The notes under the pieces are model-generated. The model did not search any database. It was not told the DNA's origin and was given only the letters and a program-made list of their open reading frames with translations. DNA of 64,000 nt from a virus. The position numbers and the translations under genes are program-made. Positions 36,916 through 45,747 of this stretch are shown here, in pieces. Position 1 is the stretch's first letter. The number at the start of each line of letters is the position of its first letter. The stretch is taken from IMG/VR virus record IMGVR_UViG_3300027849_000012, positions 5,262 through 69,261 of that record; one strand, 5' to 3'.

Positions 36916-37279
36916 CTTTGTAAATCCTCAATTTCAATTGTTCAATACTTTCATTATTAAATAATGGTAATACGGACTTAGCCTTTTCATTGCTATAACC
37001 ATAATATTCTTTAATGAGCTCTAGGTTCTCCACCTCAGTTGGCTTAAGCCACTTTGAGAACCGTTTCTTCTTCTTAATTATATTTATAAGAAAATGATAT
37101 TGAAGCTTTGAATCTAGGTGGTGATTAACATTCATTTCATTAGCAAACAAAACCGTATCCATAAAGTAGGATAAAGCTCTATTTACCATAAATGGCGCGT
37201 AGGCCTTCTCGGCCACATCATCGTGCATTATATCCTTCTTGGATAAATTAATACTATTAACATACTCAAACGGATTCAT
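36899..37279 (-). CDS. gp62: Clamp loader small subunit gp62
   Basis: YAPFMVNRALS, ANEMN, KKKRFSKW, YYGYSNEKA. Confidence 0.9.
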   Translation of the reverse strand: MNPFEYVNSINLSKKDIMHDDVAEKAYAPFMVNRALSYFMDTVLFANEMNVNHHLDSKLQYHFLINIIKKKKRFSKWLKPTEVENLELIKEYYGYSNEKAKSVLPLFNNESIEQLKLRIYKGGKRK

Positions 37280-38211
37280 TTGAAAGATACTCCGGCCATG
37301 ATCTCCGTGCAACAAGCAACAAGGTTTAACTCATGGTCAGCAACGAATGCGTTTTTGTACTGGTAGTCTGCAAGTATTAACACTAGCTGAGGGATAGAGG
37401 TCGGTGAGACATATTCACCCATGTTATCGTATATCTTACGGAACACAGCAGCTGGTTCAGTGTCAATGTTATCTGCAACCCATTGTCGCATCTTCTTGAA
37501 ATCTTTCTTAGTCAAAGCAACCATGAGTTCATTAACTGACACAGTTGATAGTGATACCAATATACCAGTATCAATAATACCTGACGTTGAATATCTTTGC
37601 AACTCATTGAGCACTCTACGCCAATCGGGCATATGTTTCATGATCAATTCAGCAACAACTGGAGTATCATATTGGATACGCTCTTTGGTAAGAATGAACT
37701 GACAGCGTTTTAGGAACTGGCCGCACAATTCTGTGGAATCTTTCTTGGATATGTTAAATTCAATAACTGAACAACGACTATGCAGTGGTTCAATGATTCT
37801 GTTCTTGAAATTGCAAGTTAATATAAACCTACAATTAGCAGAGAACTCCTCAATGAAACCACGCAAAGCGGGCTGAGTCGATTGGGGATTAAGGTAGTCT
37901 GCCTCATCCAGAATGACTACTTTATAGCCACCCTGTAAACTTACTGATGATGCAAACTGCTTAATTTTATTCCTAAGGGTATCAATTCCACCCTCTTCGG
38001 ATCCGTTGATTAACAAAAAGTCAACGCCCAATTCATTACACAGAGCCTTGGCGACTGTAGTTTTACCTAGACCAGCCGTGCCGGTCAGAAGCATGTTGTG
38101 TAGTTCACCCCCTTTAACAACTTGCTTCATAGTTTCTTTTATGTGTTTCGGTAAAATACAATCGTCAATTATCTGTGGTCGATACTTCTCAACCCAAAGG
38201 AAGTCATTCAT
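37276..38211 (-). CDS. gp44: Clamp loader large subunit gp44
   Basis: LWVEKYRP, GLGKTT, ILDEAD, HSRC. Confidence 0.95.
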   Translation of the reverse strand: MNDFLWVEKYRPQIIDDCILPKHIKETMKQVVKGGELHNMLLTGTAGLGKTTVAKALCNELGVDFLLINGSEEGGIDTLRNKIKQFASSVSLQGGYKVVILDEADYLNPQSTQPALRGFIEEFSANCRFILTCNFKNRIIEPLHSRCSVIEFNISKKDSTELCGQFLKRCQFILTKERIQYDTPVVAELIMKHMPDWRRVLNELQRYSTSGIIDTGILVSLSTVSVNELMVALTKKDFKKMRQWVADNIDTEPAAVFRKIYDNMGEYVSPTSIPQLVLILADYQYKNAFVADHELNLVACCTEIMAGVSFK

Positions 38212-38468
38212 TAAAGAACCTCCCAGCCAGTAACAGTGCTCACCCGAAACGATCGCCATGCATCTTTATCAAGTGACCATACGGCCAAATGTGCGGATTC
38301 AGGACTAACGCTTTCGACTACAGATTTAATTCCGTAAGCTTCTAATACGACTGGGTTTAACGTGCAGGGCATGACTCGAATTTCGTCTGAGTCAATCTTT
38401 TGAAAGGTTACAGTGACTGTACCTTTAAGTAAAGCCTCGATAAGGCTCTTGCATTCATTGAGATTCAT
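38211..38468 (-). CDS. SH3/WYL-like small protein
   Basis: VTFQKID..RVMPCTL, VWSLDKDAWRSFR. Confidence 0.75.
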   Translation of the reverse strand: MNLNECKSLIEALLKGTVTVTFQKIDSDEIRVMPCTLNPVVLEAYGIKSVVESVSPESAHLAVWSLDKDAWRSFRVSTVTGWEVL

Positions 38469-38484
38469 AATATATTCCTTAATA

Positions 38485-38518
38485 ATAAAAAGTGGCAAGA
38501 CCCGATTAGGGTCTTACC
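38485..38518 (-). terminator. Intrinsic terminator
   Basis: GGTAAGACCC-TAATC-GGGTCTTGCC followed by ACTTTTTATT. Confidence 0.7.
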
Positions 38519-38560
38519 GAATGGCCAGACCCCTTATGAGGGTCTAGCTCAATTGCCTAC

Positions 38561-38806
38561 TTAGGCGTCTTCAGCTACTTCGGCATCAGCTACAGGAACT
38601 TGTCCTTCAGGCTGCTCACCTTCTGCCGCTTTGTTCGCTTCTAGGAACTTAACGATCCTGTTGCGAAGTCCGCCGACGGCTTCCATTTCAGGTCCTTCGA
38701 ACCCGCCACGCTTTGAACAGATATCAATTACCTGTACGCATGTTGCAATGTCCTGTAAGGACAGGTTTACTTGCTCTTCTTGAGCTTGAGTTACTTCTTC
38801 AGTCAT
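38561..38806 (-). CDS. Conserved acidic hypothetical protein
   Basis: LSLQDI..VIDICSKRGGFEG.E..VG; GGAG SD. Confidence 0.75.
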   Translation of the reverse strand: MTEEVTQAQEEQVNLSLQDIATCVQVIDICSKRGGFEGPEMEAVGGLRNRIVKFLEANKAAEGEQPEGQVPVADAEVAEDA

Positions 38807-38917
38807 AGTATTTCTCCAGAGTTTAGACTAATTTAAGGGACCCCGATTATTCGGCAGCCCCCATATTATCCTTATTATATAAACATAACAAGGTATAATT
38901 CGGTTGTGTAATGTTAT

Positions 38918-39589
38918 TTATACACCATAGCTACTAGATCTCTCTAGTGCGATAAAATATTCTACAGGGTAATTGGTATTCTGCCAATTAGATATCAACT
39001 TAGATGAAATTGATACATAGTAATCACCCGGCAATAGTTTCAAGTTAGGGATATTAACCACAAAATTGAATGTTTCCTTACATGCGTTATCCCTGTCAAT
39101 GATGATATCGAATGTATTAGCAGTGGCATCTTTAACATCTAGCACCTTGGCAGTAATAACACCACCATCGCCACTGATTGACAATTCTAAGTGACCCAGT
39201 ACTGCAGCTGCCTTCTTGATTTTATCCAAGATAGCCTCTGATAGATTGATACCAACTTCTGCATTAGGCATCGTGATATCTTTAGTGGGCTGAGTTAGAA
39301 TATCAGTCTCTGCGTAGTAGTATTGGATTCGTTGATCACCACTAGCAACTTCCATTGATTTCTCATTGAAGGATACTTGTGCGTTTTCAATCAAGCTGTG
39401 GACAGAGAGGAATTCATTAAGATCATAGACCCCAAATTCGACGGGAAAGTCCTCAGTGATTTCAGCAATTGCCATTATATTTTTAGCTTCAGAAATTGTC
39501 TTAACTTTCTGGCCAGGTTTCATCACTAGGTTAGGGTTAACGGTAGCAAAGTTTTGTAACACTTTGAGGGTGTCGGTTGAAATTATCAT
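38918..39589 (-). CDS. gp45: Sliding clamp gp45
   Basis: LQNFATVN, FGVYDLNEFL, NLKLLPGDY, YFIALE. Confidence 0.93.
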   Translation of the reverse strand: MIISTDTLKVLQNFATVNPNLVMKPGQKVKTISEAKNIMAIAEITEDFPVEFGVYDLNEFLSVHSLIENAQVSFNEKSMEVASGDQRIQYYYAETDILTQPTKDITMPNAEVGINLSEAILDKIKKAAAVLGHLELSISGDGGVITAKVLDVKDATANTFDIIIDRDNACKETFNFVVNIPNLKLLPGDYYVSISSKLISNWQNTNYPVEYFIALERSSSYGV

Positions 39590-39620
39590 ATAGTCTCCAT
39601 CATTTCAGTTAGTAGTATAT

Positions 39621-39649
39621 ATTATATCACAAATTGGGCCAAAAGTAAA
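39621..39649 (-). promoter_or_regulatory. Early/middle promoter for gp45
   Basis: TTTACT-N17-TATAAT, extended TG. Confidence 0.75.
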
Positions 39650-39665
39650 GTGTTTTGTCATCAAT

Positions 39666-39950
39666 TTATAAATTAATTCGGTCATGTTCATATAATGCAA
39701 GTAGACCATAATGTAACACCTTCATTAGATCCTTTCTATGATCTTCTGGGGTGTCGCCTTTTTTGCCATAGCGAGCATTGTATTTGTCTACATTACCCAA
39801 AAAGAATCCCATGCCATGGCCACGATCAACAATGACTTCAGAAGATTGTAATCCACCTTGGCCATAATGAGCGTTGTAAGTTGAGTTTATATAATTATGG
39901 AACTCTTCAATAAGAGTCCCTTCGTTAAATTTATATTTTGGTTTATTCAT
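39666..39950 (-). CDS. DUF3310-like protein (putative nucleotide hydrolase)
   Basis: TYNAHY, GFFLGNVDKYNARYGKK, DLMKVLHY. Confidence 0.7.
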   Translation of the reverse strand: MNKPKYKFNEGTLIEEFHNYINSTYNAHYGQGGLQSSEVIVDRGHGMGFFLGNVDKYNARYGKKGDTPEDHRKDLMKVLHYGLLALYEHDRINL

Positions 39951-41082
39951 AAGAAGCTTCCTGAGTTGTTTCATTTGTACTGTCAGCAAGAACCACACCT
40001 TGATCAACCTTTGTGTAAAGATCCAAGAAGGCAGACTTTGTATCTTCATCAAATCGAGCAATACATAGGTCAATGGACTTCATCTTATCCTTGAAGATAG
40101 AGAAGGTCTGCACAATGTGTGACAGCCTTCTAGTTGATATTACCTCATCCACACCATCGTCATAGAAGGTCTTTCTGATAATATCGGCCCAGTTTACAAG
40201 ATTCTGTGCAAACTCTGTATCCATGATTTCAAATTTCTTCATGTGGTTGATCACGATCTTTTTCTCAACCGAAACACTAGGAAACTGTTGATCCACTGCA
40301 ACGGTAAATCTTTCAAGAAAAGCATCATCAATGATGGTTGCCGCCGTGAATCTGCCGTCTTCTGATCCCTTGCCTTTTGTATTAGCCGTAGCTATAACAT
40401 TGAAGCCAGGTGAAGGAGTAATTGTTTCACCCGTCTTTTTAACAAGGACAGGTTTACCTTCAAGTATACCTTGAAGACACATAATTTTATTTGTAGCTCT
40501 ATCAATTTCATCGAGCAGTAGAATTGCCCCATCCTCCATAGCCTTAAGTACCGGTCCTTTTGAAAAGACAGTCTCGCCGTCAATAAGTCTAAATCCACCA
40601 AGTAAGTCGTCCTCGTCTGTTTCTGGGTTAATCTGCACTCTGATGAATTGTCTACCTAGTTTAGCAGCAGCTTGTTCAACCATGAAGGTTTTACCGTTTC
40701 CAGATAAGCCGCTAATATAGACGGGGTAGAACATTTCAGATTTGATAATTTTAACAATATCATTGAAAGCTCCCCAGGGTACAAATGTGGGGTCCACTTT
40801 GGCATATGATCTTTCGTCATTGACTATGGACTGCATTGCGGCGGCCAGTTTTGGAATGGCCTCGGGTGATGTTTGAATTTGTGATTTAAGTGGTGAGATA
40901 AAGGTCTCAAGATTGTATGTCCCGACTCGTACTCTGTTAGCCCCATCAATGAGAGGATAGACAGACTTCATTGGATAACCTAGCTTCTTAGATGCATCTA
41001 CGATAGCGCCTTTACGGAACTCGGTCTGATCTGGGTAGGTTGTCATTAGGTCTTGGACAATGATGTTAGTTGAATTATTCAT
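39943..41082 (-). CDS. cobS: CobS/MoxR-type AAA+ ATPase
   Basis: GLSGNGKT, ETDEDDLLGG, LLLDEID, ATANTKGKG, AFLERF, STRRL. Confidence 0.88.
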   Translation of the reverse strand: MNNSTNIIVQDLMTTYPDQTEFRKGAIVDASKKLGYPMKSVYPLIDGANRVRVGTYNLETFISPLKSQIQTSPEAIPKLAAAMQSIVNDERSYAKVDPTFVPWGAFNDIVKIIKSEMFYPVYISGLSGNGKTFMVEQAAAKLGRQFIRVQINPETDEDDLLGGFRLIDGETVFSKGPVLKAMEDGAILLLDEIDRATNKIMCLQGILEGKPVLVKKTGETITPSPGFNVIATANTKGKGSEDGRFTAATIIDDAFLERFTVAVDQQFPSVSVEKKIVINHMKKFEIMDTEFAQNLVNWADIIRKTFYDDGVDEVISTRRLSHIVQTFSIFKDKMKSIDLCIARFDEDTKSAFLDLYTKVDQGVVLADSTNETTQEASYE

Positions 41083-41112
41083 AATATAGTGTTTCCTCAA
41101 TTGATTTTATAA

Positions 41113-41168
41113 GTATATTATACCACAAAACCGTGTGCATGTAAAGTGTTTTCTTCATTTATTTTCAT
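41113..41168 (-). repeat. Early promoter repeat, copy 1 (UP element + TTTACA-N17-TATAAT)
   Basis: 55/56 nt identical to 41553-41608. Confidence 0.9.
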
Positions 41169-41176
41169 TATATTGA

Positions 41177-41524
41177 CTATAACTGAGCTTTATACTGCTT
41201 TTCAATCCAAGATGATTTAAACTCTTCTAATAAGTAGCCATTCTCAGCTGCCTCTAATAGAGTATCTCCATTGCAAATAGTAACTTCAGACGGATCAGCA
41301 TTGTCCATGATATAGTCATTATAATCACTAAAAATATCATTACGATCTTCAGCCATAGCTTCATTAAATACCATATTTAAATAGTCTGTATTCATTGTGC
41401 GGCCTGCCGCTCTGCGCGCATCACCCGCTTTGCGTGCTTTGAGGAAATCTGCAATGGCTTCGGCCGTTGTGAGTTGCCTCGAGGGGGTGGTAATAGTTGG
41501 TGTTTCGTTCTTATTCATTTTCAT
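41177..41524 (-). CDS. Hypothetical early protein
   Basis: 115-aa ORF between the promoter repeats. Confidence 0.65.
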   Translation of the reverse strand: MKMNKNETPTITTPSRQLTTAEAIADFLKARKAGDARRAAGRTMNTDYLNMVFNEAMAEDRNDIFSDYNDYIMDNADPSEVTICNGDTLLEAAENGYLLEEFKSSWIEKQYKAQL

Positions 41525-41552
41525 AATTCTTTCTTCTGATTGGTTAATATAG

Positions 41553-41638
41553 GTATATTATACCACAAAACCGTGTGCTTGTAAAGTGTTTTCTTCATTT
41601 ATTTTCATATAGTCACTATTCATAGCACGAATAGTGGC
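41553..41638 (-). repeat. Early promoter repeat, copy 2, with upstream stem-loop
   Basis: Promoter repeat plus the inverted repeat GTCACTATTC/GAATAGTGGC. Confidence 0.85.
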
Positions 41639-43858
41639 CTAAGCCACAGCCTTACCGAACTTCGTCATTAAGACTTTGTTAAGCTTCTTAGATTTGGCAT
41701 ATTTCTTAAAAGCATTTCGGATTGAAGTATTAGAGGCATCTTCTTCTGTACTGAATTCATCTTCCTGTGTTTCAAGATTCTTACCACCTTTGACTAGGTA
41801 GTATTCATTATAGCCTAACACATCATTATAGGTAGCACATTTGTTTTGTCTATACTGCTGATTAGCATCTTTTCGGGTATCATCACTATTCTGTAGTAAT
41901 GCATCAGCCATAATGTATAATCGGTTTCTCCAATCTGAACTGGATTCAGCCATAAAGAACCCTAGGTTATTAGTGTTATATCGCTTGGCCATATTAAGTA
42001 GAAGAGCAGTAGTTAGCCTTCTTCCAGACCTAGAAGAACAGTTGACTATCTTACCGTCAATTTTAATAGCAATTTTATCCCTCGTGGTATCAACTCTATT
42101 GTCATCAGTAAGTTCATTTGACCTTTGAGCAACAGTGAGTCTGTTGGCATCACCATCAGTGAATGTGATGAAATTCATTTTTTCAATCTGATGTTTCATT
42201 TTGAATTTTTTGATCAATGCGTGTGAAACAACTAGTGCCTGATTGAGCGGAGTAGAACCCCAGTCCTCATAGAGATTGTGACGATCATATGTCCAGTGGG
42301 TACATTTAGTTCTGGCATATAGTGAATACATAGCATCTAGATAATCTGCTTTCTTTAAACTTGAAGAACATAGTAATGGCATAGAAAGCCCATCCATGTC
42401 TAAATGTCCGTTGGTGTAAAGTATGTTCTCAGCTTTGTAGTCAAGATCGGGGTTAGTAGACGTGAATCCGTAAACCTCGAATGGTATGTTTGTTGTCTTG
42501 CAGAACACTATCAAGTGCATGACTTGATCCATAACATATGGCATTGAACCACTCATTGAACCGGACAGATCAATTAGAAGCATCATTCCGTGATTCTTTG
42601 CATTGGCTAGTTTAGTTGACTGTAGGAAGATGTCTTCGCTAGTCTTATAAGACCAAAGTTTATTCACATCAATTGTACCAGTCTTAGCCGTAGTAGCTCT
42701 AGTGTTCTGGTATGCAGACTTTCGCATTTCAAATTCTCTTACTGCAAAGGATGCATTAGTCTTTAGGAGCTTCATCTGTTTAGCAAACCCTTCCCTAGTA
42801 ACCGATGGGTCACCATTAGGCCTTAAAAGTTGATGTTCATCCCTCGCAGCCTTAAGTTTGGCATAAGGTATTACTGCCAGGTCTAAGATTTCCTTATTAA
42901 TTTCATCTGCATAGATTGGCTGAGTACCACTGTCGTCTACATCAAGTAGTGATTCCTCCTTTGATCTGTATATTTCATCAGTAACCGATATGTCTTCATC
43001 TTGGTTAGCGGCACCGTTTGATGTCACACCCGAAAGAGCTTCATCTAGTTCCGCTTCGATCTCAGCATCTTTTTGTTCTTTAAGTTCTTTTAAGAGCTTT
43101 TCGAGTTGTTCCTCAATTTCTGATGGAACTTCATAAGAGGTTTCTGATGGAGAGTCTTCAGTGTTGCTTTCTTCACTAGGAGAGTCTTCAGTGTTGCTTT
43201 CTTCCTTTTCATAATCATCATGGCCGCTTTGAGTAGGATCTTGTTCTTCGGGTGAACCTTCTCCAGACTCTTCGGGTTGTGGTTGTGGCTGATTAATCAA
43301 CTCAGGAGTATTCTCTTTAGTAAAAGCAAGAATATCCTTAACCAACTCAACTACTTCCTCAAAGGTTTGTGTTGTCATAGCTCTATTATAGAATACAACT
43401 TCCTCATCAGAAAATGGTACTTCAATTCTCGTGCCTAATTTAGTTTTTAAGTTGATTTTATCAATAAGTTTTACTGTATCATAGTCAACTGAATCCATCT
43501 CTCCGAAGAATCCATTTTCAAGTAACTTACTATAGCCTCTGTTAAAACAAGCGATTAGTCCAGGGTATCTAGATTGAATTTTTCTCTCGATTCTGGCATC
43601 TTCTATTACATTGAGGTAAGACCTAGGACAACCTTTTAATGTTTCAGTACTATCGTGCCAACCTTCAAATGGAGTCTCTAAAGCGTGACCCACTTCATGG
43701 CCGATGAATAAATCGTTTACATCTTTACCCATATCTTTCCACATAGGTAAGCCTAATACACGGTTCTTAATATCAAACCATGCAGTTGAGTAGTTACCAT
43801 GCTGGATGGTAATATTCTCTTTAGCGAGTAATTTGGGAAGTAATGATGATGTTTGCAT
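41639..43858 (-). CDS. CobT-like protein (HExxH metallopeptidase + acidic linker + VWA)
   Basis: HEVGHAL, NVIEDARIE, MIDAS motif DLSGSM, STPLN, FTDGD. Confidence 0.85.
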   Translation of the reverse strand: MQTSSLLPKLLAKENITIQHGNYSTAWFDIKNRVLGLPMWKDMGKDVNDLFIGHEVGHALETPFEGWHDSTETLKGCPRSYLNVIEDARIERKIQSRYPGLIACFNRGYSKLLENGFFGEMDSVDYDTVKLIDKINLKTKLGTRIEVPFSDEEVVFYNRAMTTQTFEEVVELVKDILAFTKENTPELINQPQPQPEESGEGSPEEQDPTQSGHDDYEKEESNTEDSPSEESNTEDSPSETSYEVPSEIEEQLEKLLKELKEQKDAEIEAELDEALSGVTSNGAANQDEDISVTDEIYRSKEESLLDVDDSGTQPIYADEINKEILDLAVIPYAKLKAARDEHQLLRPNGDPSVTREGFAKQMKLLKTNASFAVREFEMRKSAYQNTRATTAKTGTIDVNKLWSYKTSEDIFLQSTKLANAKNHGMMLLIDLSGSMSGSMPYVMDQVMHLIVFCKTTNIPFEVYGFTSTNPDLDYKAENILYTNGHLDMDGLSMPLLCSSSLKKADYLDAMYSLYARTKCTHWTYDRHNLYEDWGSTPLNQALVVSHALIKKFKMKHQIEKMNFITFTDGDANRLTVAQRSNELTDDNRVDTTRDKIAIKIDGKIVNCSSRSGRRLTTALLLNMAKRYNTNNLGFFMAESSSDWRNRLYIMADALLQNSDDTRKDANQQYRQNKCATYNDVLGYNEYYLVKGGKNLETQEDEFSTEEDASNTSIRNAFKKYAKSKKLNKVLMTKFGKAVA
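43149..43204. repeat. In-frame 30-nt tandem duplication (EESNTEDSPS x2)
   Basis: GGAGAGTCTTCAGTGTTGCTTTCTTC at 43149 and 43179. Confidence 0.9.
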
Positions 43859-43889
43859 ATCCAGACCTATTTCTTTATTTTATAGGTCC

Positions 43890-43983
43890 ATTATACCACA
43901 GAACTGTGTGCTTGTAAAGTGTTTTCTGCATTTATTTTCATTTATTTTTATATAGTCATTATTCATAGCATGAATAGTGGCTA
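43890..43983 (-). repeat. Early promoter repeat, copy 3, with upstream stem-loop
   Basis: TTTACA-N17-TATAAT, same UP element, inverted repeat at 43953-43983. Confidence 0.85.
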
Positions 43984-44031
43984 GGGAGCAGTTTTAAACC
44001 AGACATACTCAGGTCATGGCCCTAAGGTGGG

Positions 44032-45747
44032 CTAAACTATCTTGGAGAAGTTTCGGTCCTTATAAAACTCGATCTTTGACCTGAATTTGTTCTCTAGCAT
44101 ATCACCCTTGTGGGATATAATAAAGACATTGGAATCAGCATCTAATGTGTCAAGGATCTTGGTTAACTGCTCGACACCATCTACATCCAAACTACTATCA
44201 AATGTCTCATCTAGTACTAGCAGATTAGTTGCTGCAGAGTTCTTCATCTTAGCAATCTGTCTCCACGTAAATAGTAATGATAGGTCAATCCGTTGTTTCT
44301 CACCCTCGGAGAATGATGCGTAATTGAAGTTGTCACGATGCCTAGATCTGATTGTCTCATTGAAGCTCTCATCTAAGTGAAAAGCAACAAAGAAGTCCAG
44401 AACCTGTAGGTATTGGTTAATCAGACGGTTCATCACGGGTAGATACTGCTTAATCACTTTAGTCTTGATACCAGTGTCTTTGAGCATCTCACCAATAACT
44501 TCGTTGTAGGTTCTCTCCTCAACAAACTCTAGCTTCTTCTCGGTACAAGCTTCTTTCTCTTTTCTATAGTGAGTCAGATCTTTCTTTGCGCCGTTTAGGT
44601 CACCACTTTGCTGTGATAGGTTGTTTACATCTTTTTGAACCTTATCTATCTCATTCTGGATAACAGAAATTTTATCATTGTTTGAATTGATTTTCTGTTG
44701 TCTCTGTCGGAGCTGGTTCAGCCTATCCATAATCTCATGGCCTTCTTTATCAGCAGTCAATATCTCCTTCTCAAGTAGAGCCATGTCAGATTGAACACTA
44801 CCAGCTTCATCTTTAAGATTGCCAAGTTTAGCAGTCTTAATAGTTTCAGTTATATCTTGATCGCACGATGGGCAAGTATCATTGTCTTCATAGAATCTAG
44901 CGTCCTTAACTAAGGCTTTAATCTTATTATTGTTTTGGAGCTTATACGATTTAATTTCAGACATACGATCTAGAAACTGCTTATGTAGCTTCTCTTCTGT
45001 AGATAGTAGTACCGACAAGTTCTCACCAGAGGTTTTAGAATCATCAAACAGTCTAGCAATTTCAGTCTTATGTTCTTCCATATTATTGAGTTTCTGCTCA
45101 ATCATATCCTCATTAAGAGCTTGTAGGTCAGCTATGTATTTAGTTTGCGCCTCAATCTTTGACTTATATAACTCAATATTGTGGGTTATATCAACTAGTT
45201 CTTCTTTGATCTTGGAGTTTCTTTCCTTAAGCAGCAGATTCATCTTTGAGAATATCTGTATATCCAATAGGTCTTCAATTACTGCTCTACGTGACCATGC
45301 TGGAAGTTGCATAAATGGGATAAAGGAACTACTACCCAAAACTACTACTTGGTGGAATGACTTATGGTTAAGCTTTAGAATATTAGCTTCTAAGAATTTC
45401 TGGTAATCTCGAGCATTAGACGATTGATTAATCATGTTACCGTTCTGCCAGATTTCAAACTTGTTAGGTTTAATTCCACGTACGATTTTGAATTCAGAAT
45501 TACCTATATCAAACTCCACTTCAACCAAAGCTTTCTTACCATTGATTGAGTTAATCAACTGGTATTTACCTATATCTCTGTGTGGTTTACCGAATAGACC
45601 GAAGGACAAGGCATCGAGTAAAGTTGACTTACCAGCACCATTTTGGCCGACTATAAGTGTAGTAGGAGACTTATTCAATTGGATCTCAATGAAATCATTG
45701 CCCGTAGACAGAAAGTTCTGCCAACGGCACGTTTTAAAGTGTATCAA
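44032..45747 (-). CDS. gp46: Recombination endonuclease subunit gp46 (Rad50/SbcC-like)
   Basis: GQNGAGKS, CPSC zinc hook, FSEGEKQR, LDETFDS, ISH. Confidence 0.95.
   Translation of the reverse strand: MIHFKTCRWQNFLSTGNDFIEIQLNKSPTTLIVGQNGAGKSTLLDALSFGLFGKPHRDIGKYQLINSINGKKALVEVEFDIGNSEFKIVRGIKPNKFEIWQNGNMINQSSNARDYQKFLEANILKLNHKSFHQVVVLGSSSFIPFMQLPAWSRRAVIEDLLDIQIFSKMNLLLKERNSKIKEELVDITHNIELYKSKIEAQTKYIADLQALNEDMIEQKLNNMEEHKTEIARLFDDSKTSGENLSVLLSTEEKLHKQFLDRMSEIKSYKLQNNNKIKALVKDARFYEDNDTCPSCDQDITETIKTAKLGNLKDEAGSVQSDMALLEKEILTADKEGHEIMDRLNQLRQRQQKINSNNDKISVIQNEIDKVQKDVNNLSQQSGDLNGAKKDLTHYRKEKEACTEKKLEFVEERTYNEVIGEMLKDTGIKTKVIKQYLPVMNRLINQYLQVLDFFVAFHLDESFNETIRSRHRDNFNYASFSEGEKQRIDLSLLFTWRQIAKMKNSAATNLLVLDETFDSSLDVDGVEQLTKILDTLDADSNVFIISHKGDMLENKFRSKIEFYKDRNFSKIV

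Noticed and set aside
43149-43204. 30-nt tandem duplication in the CobT-like gene
   Set aside because: In-frame expansion within a disordered acidic linker; no sign of phase variation.
43862-43889. GACCTAT/ATAGGTC inverted repeat above the CobT-like start
   Set aside because: One arm lies largely upstream of the predicted +1, so it would not form in the mRNA; too short to call an operator.
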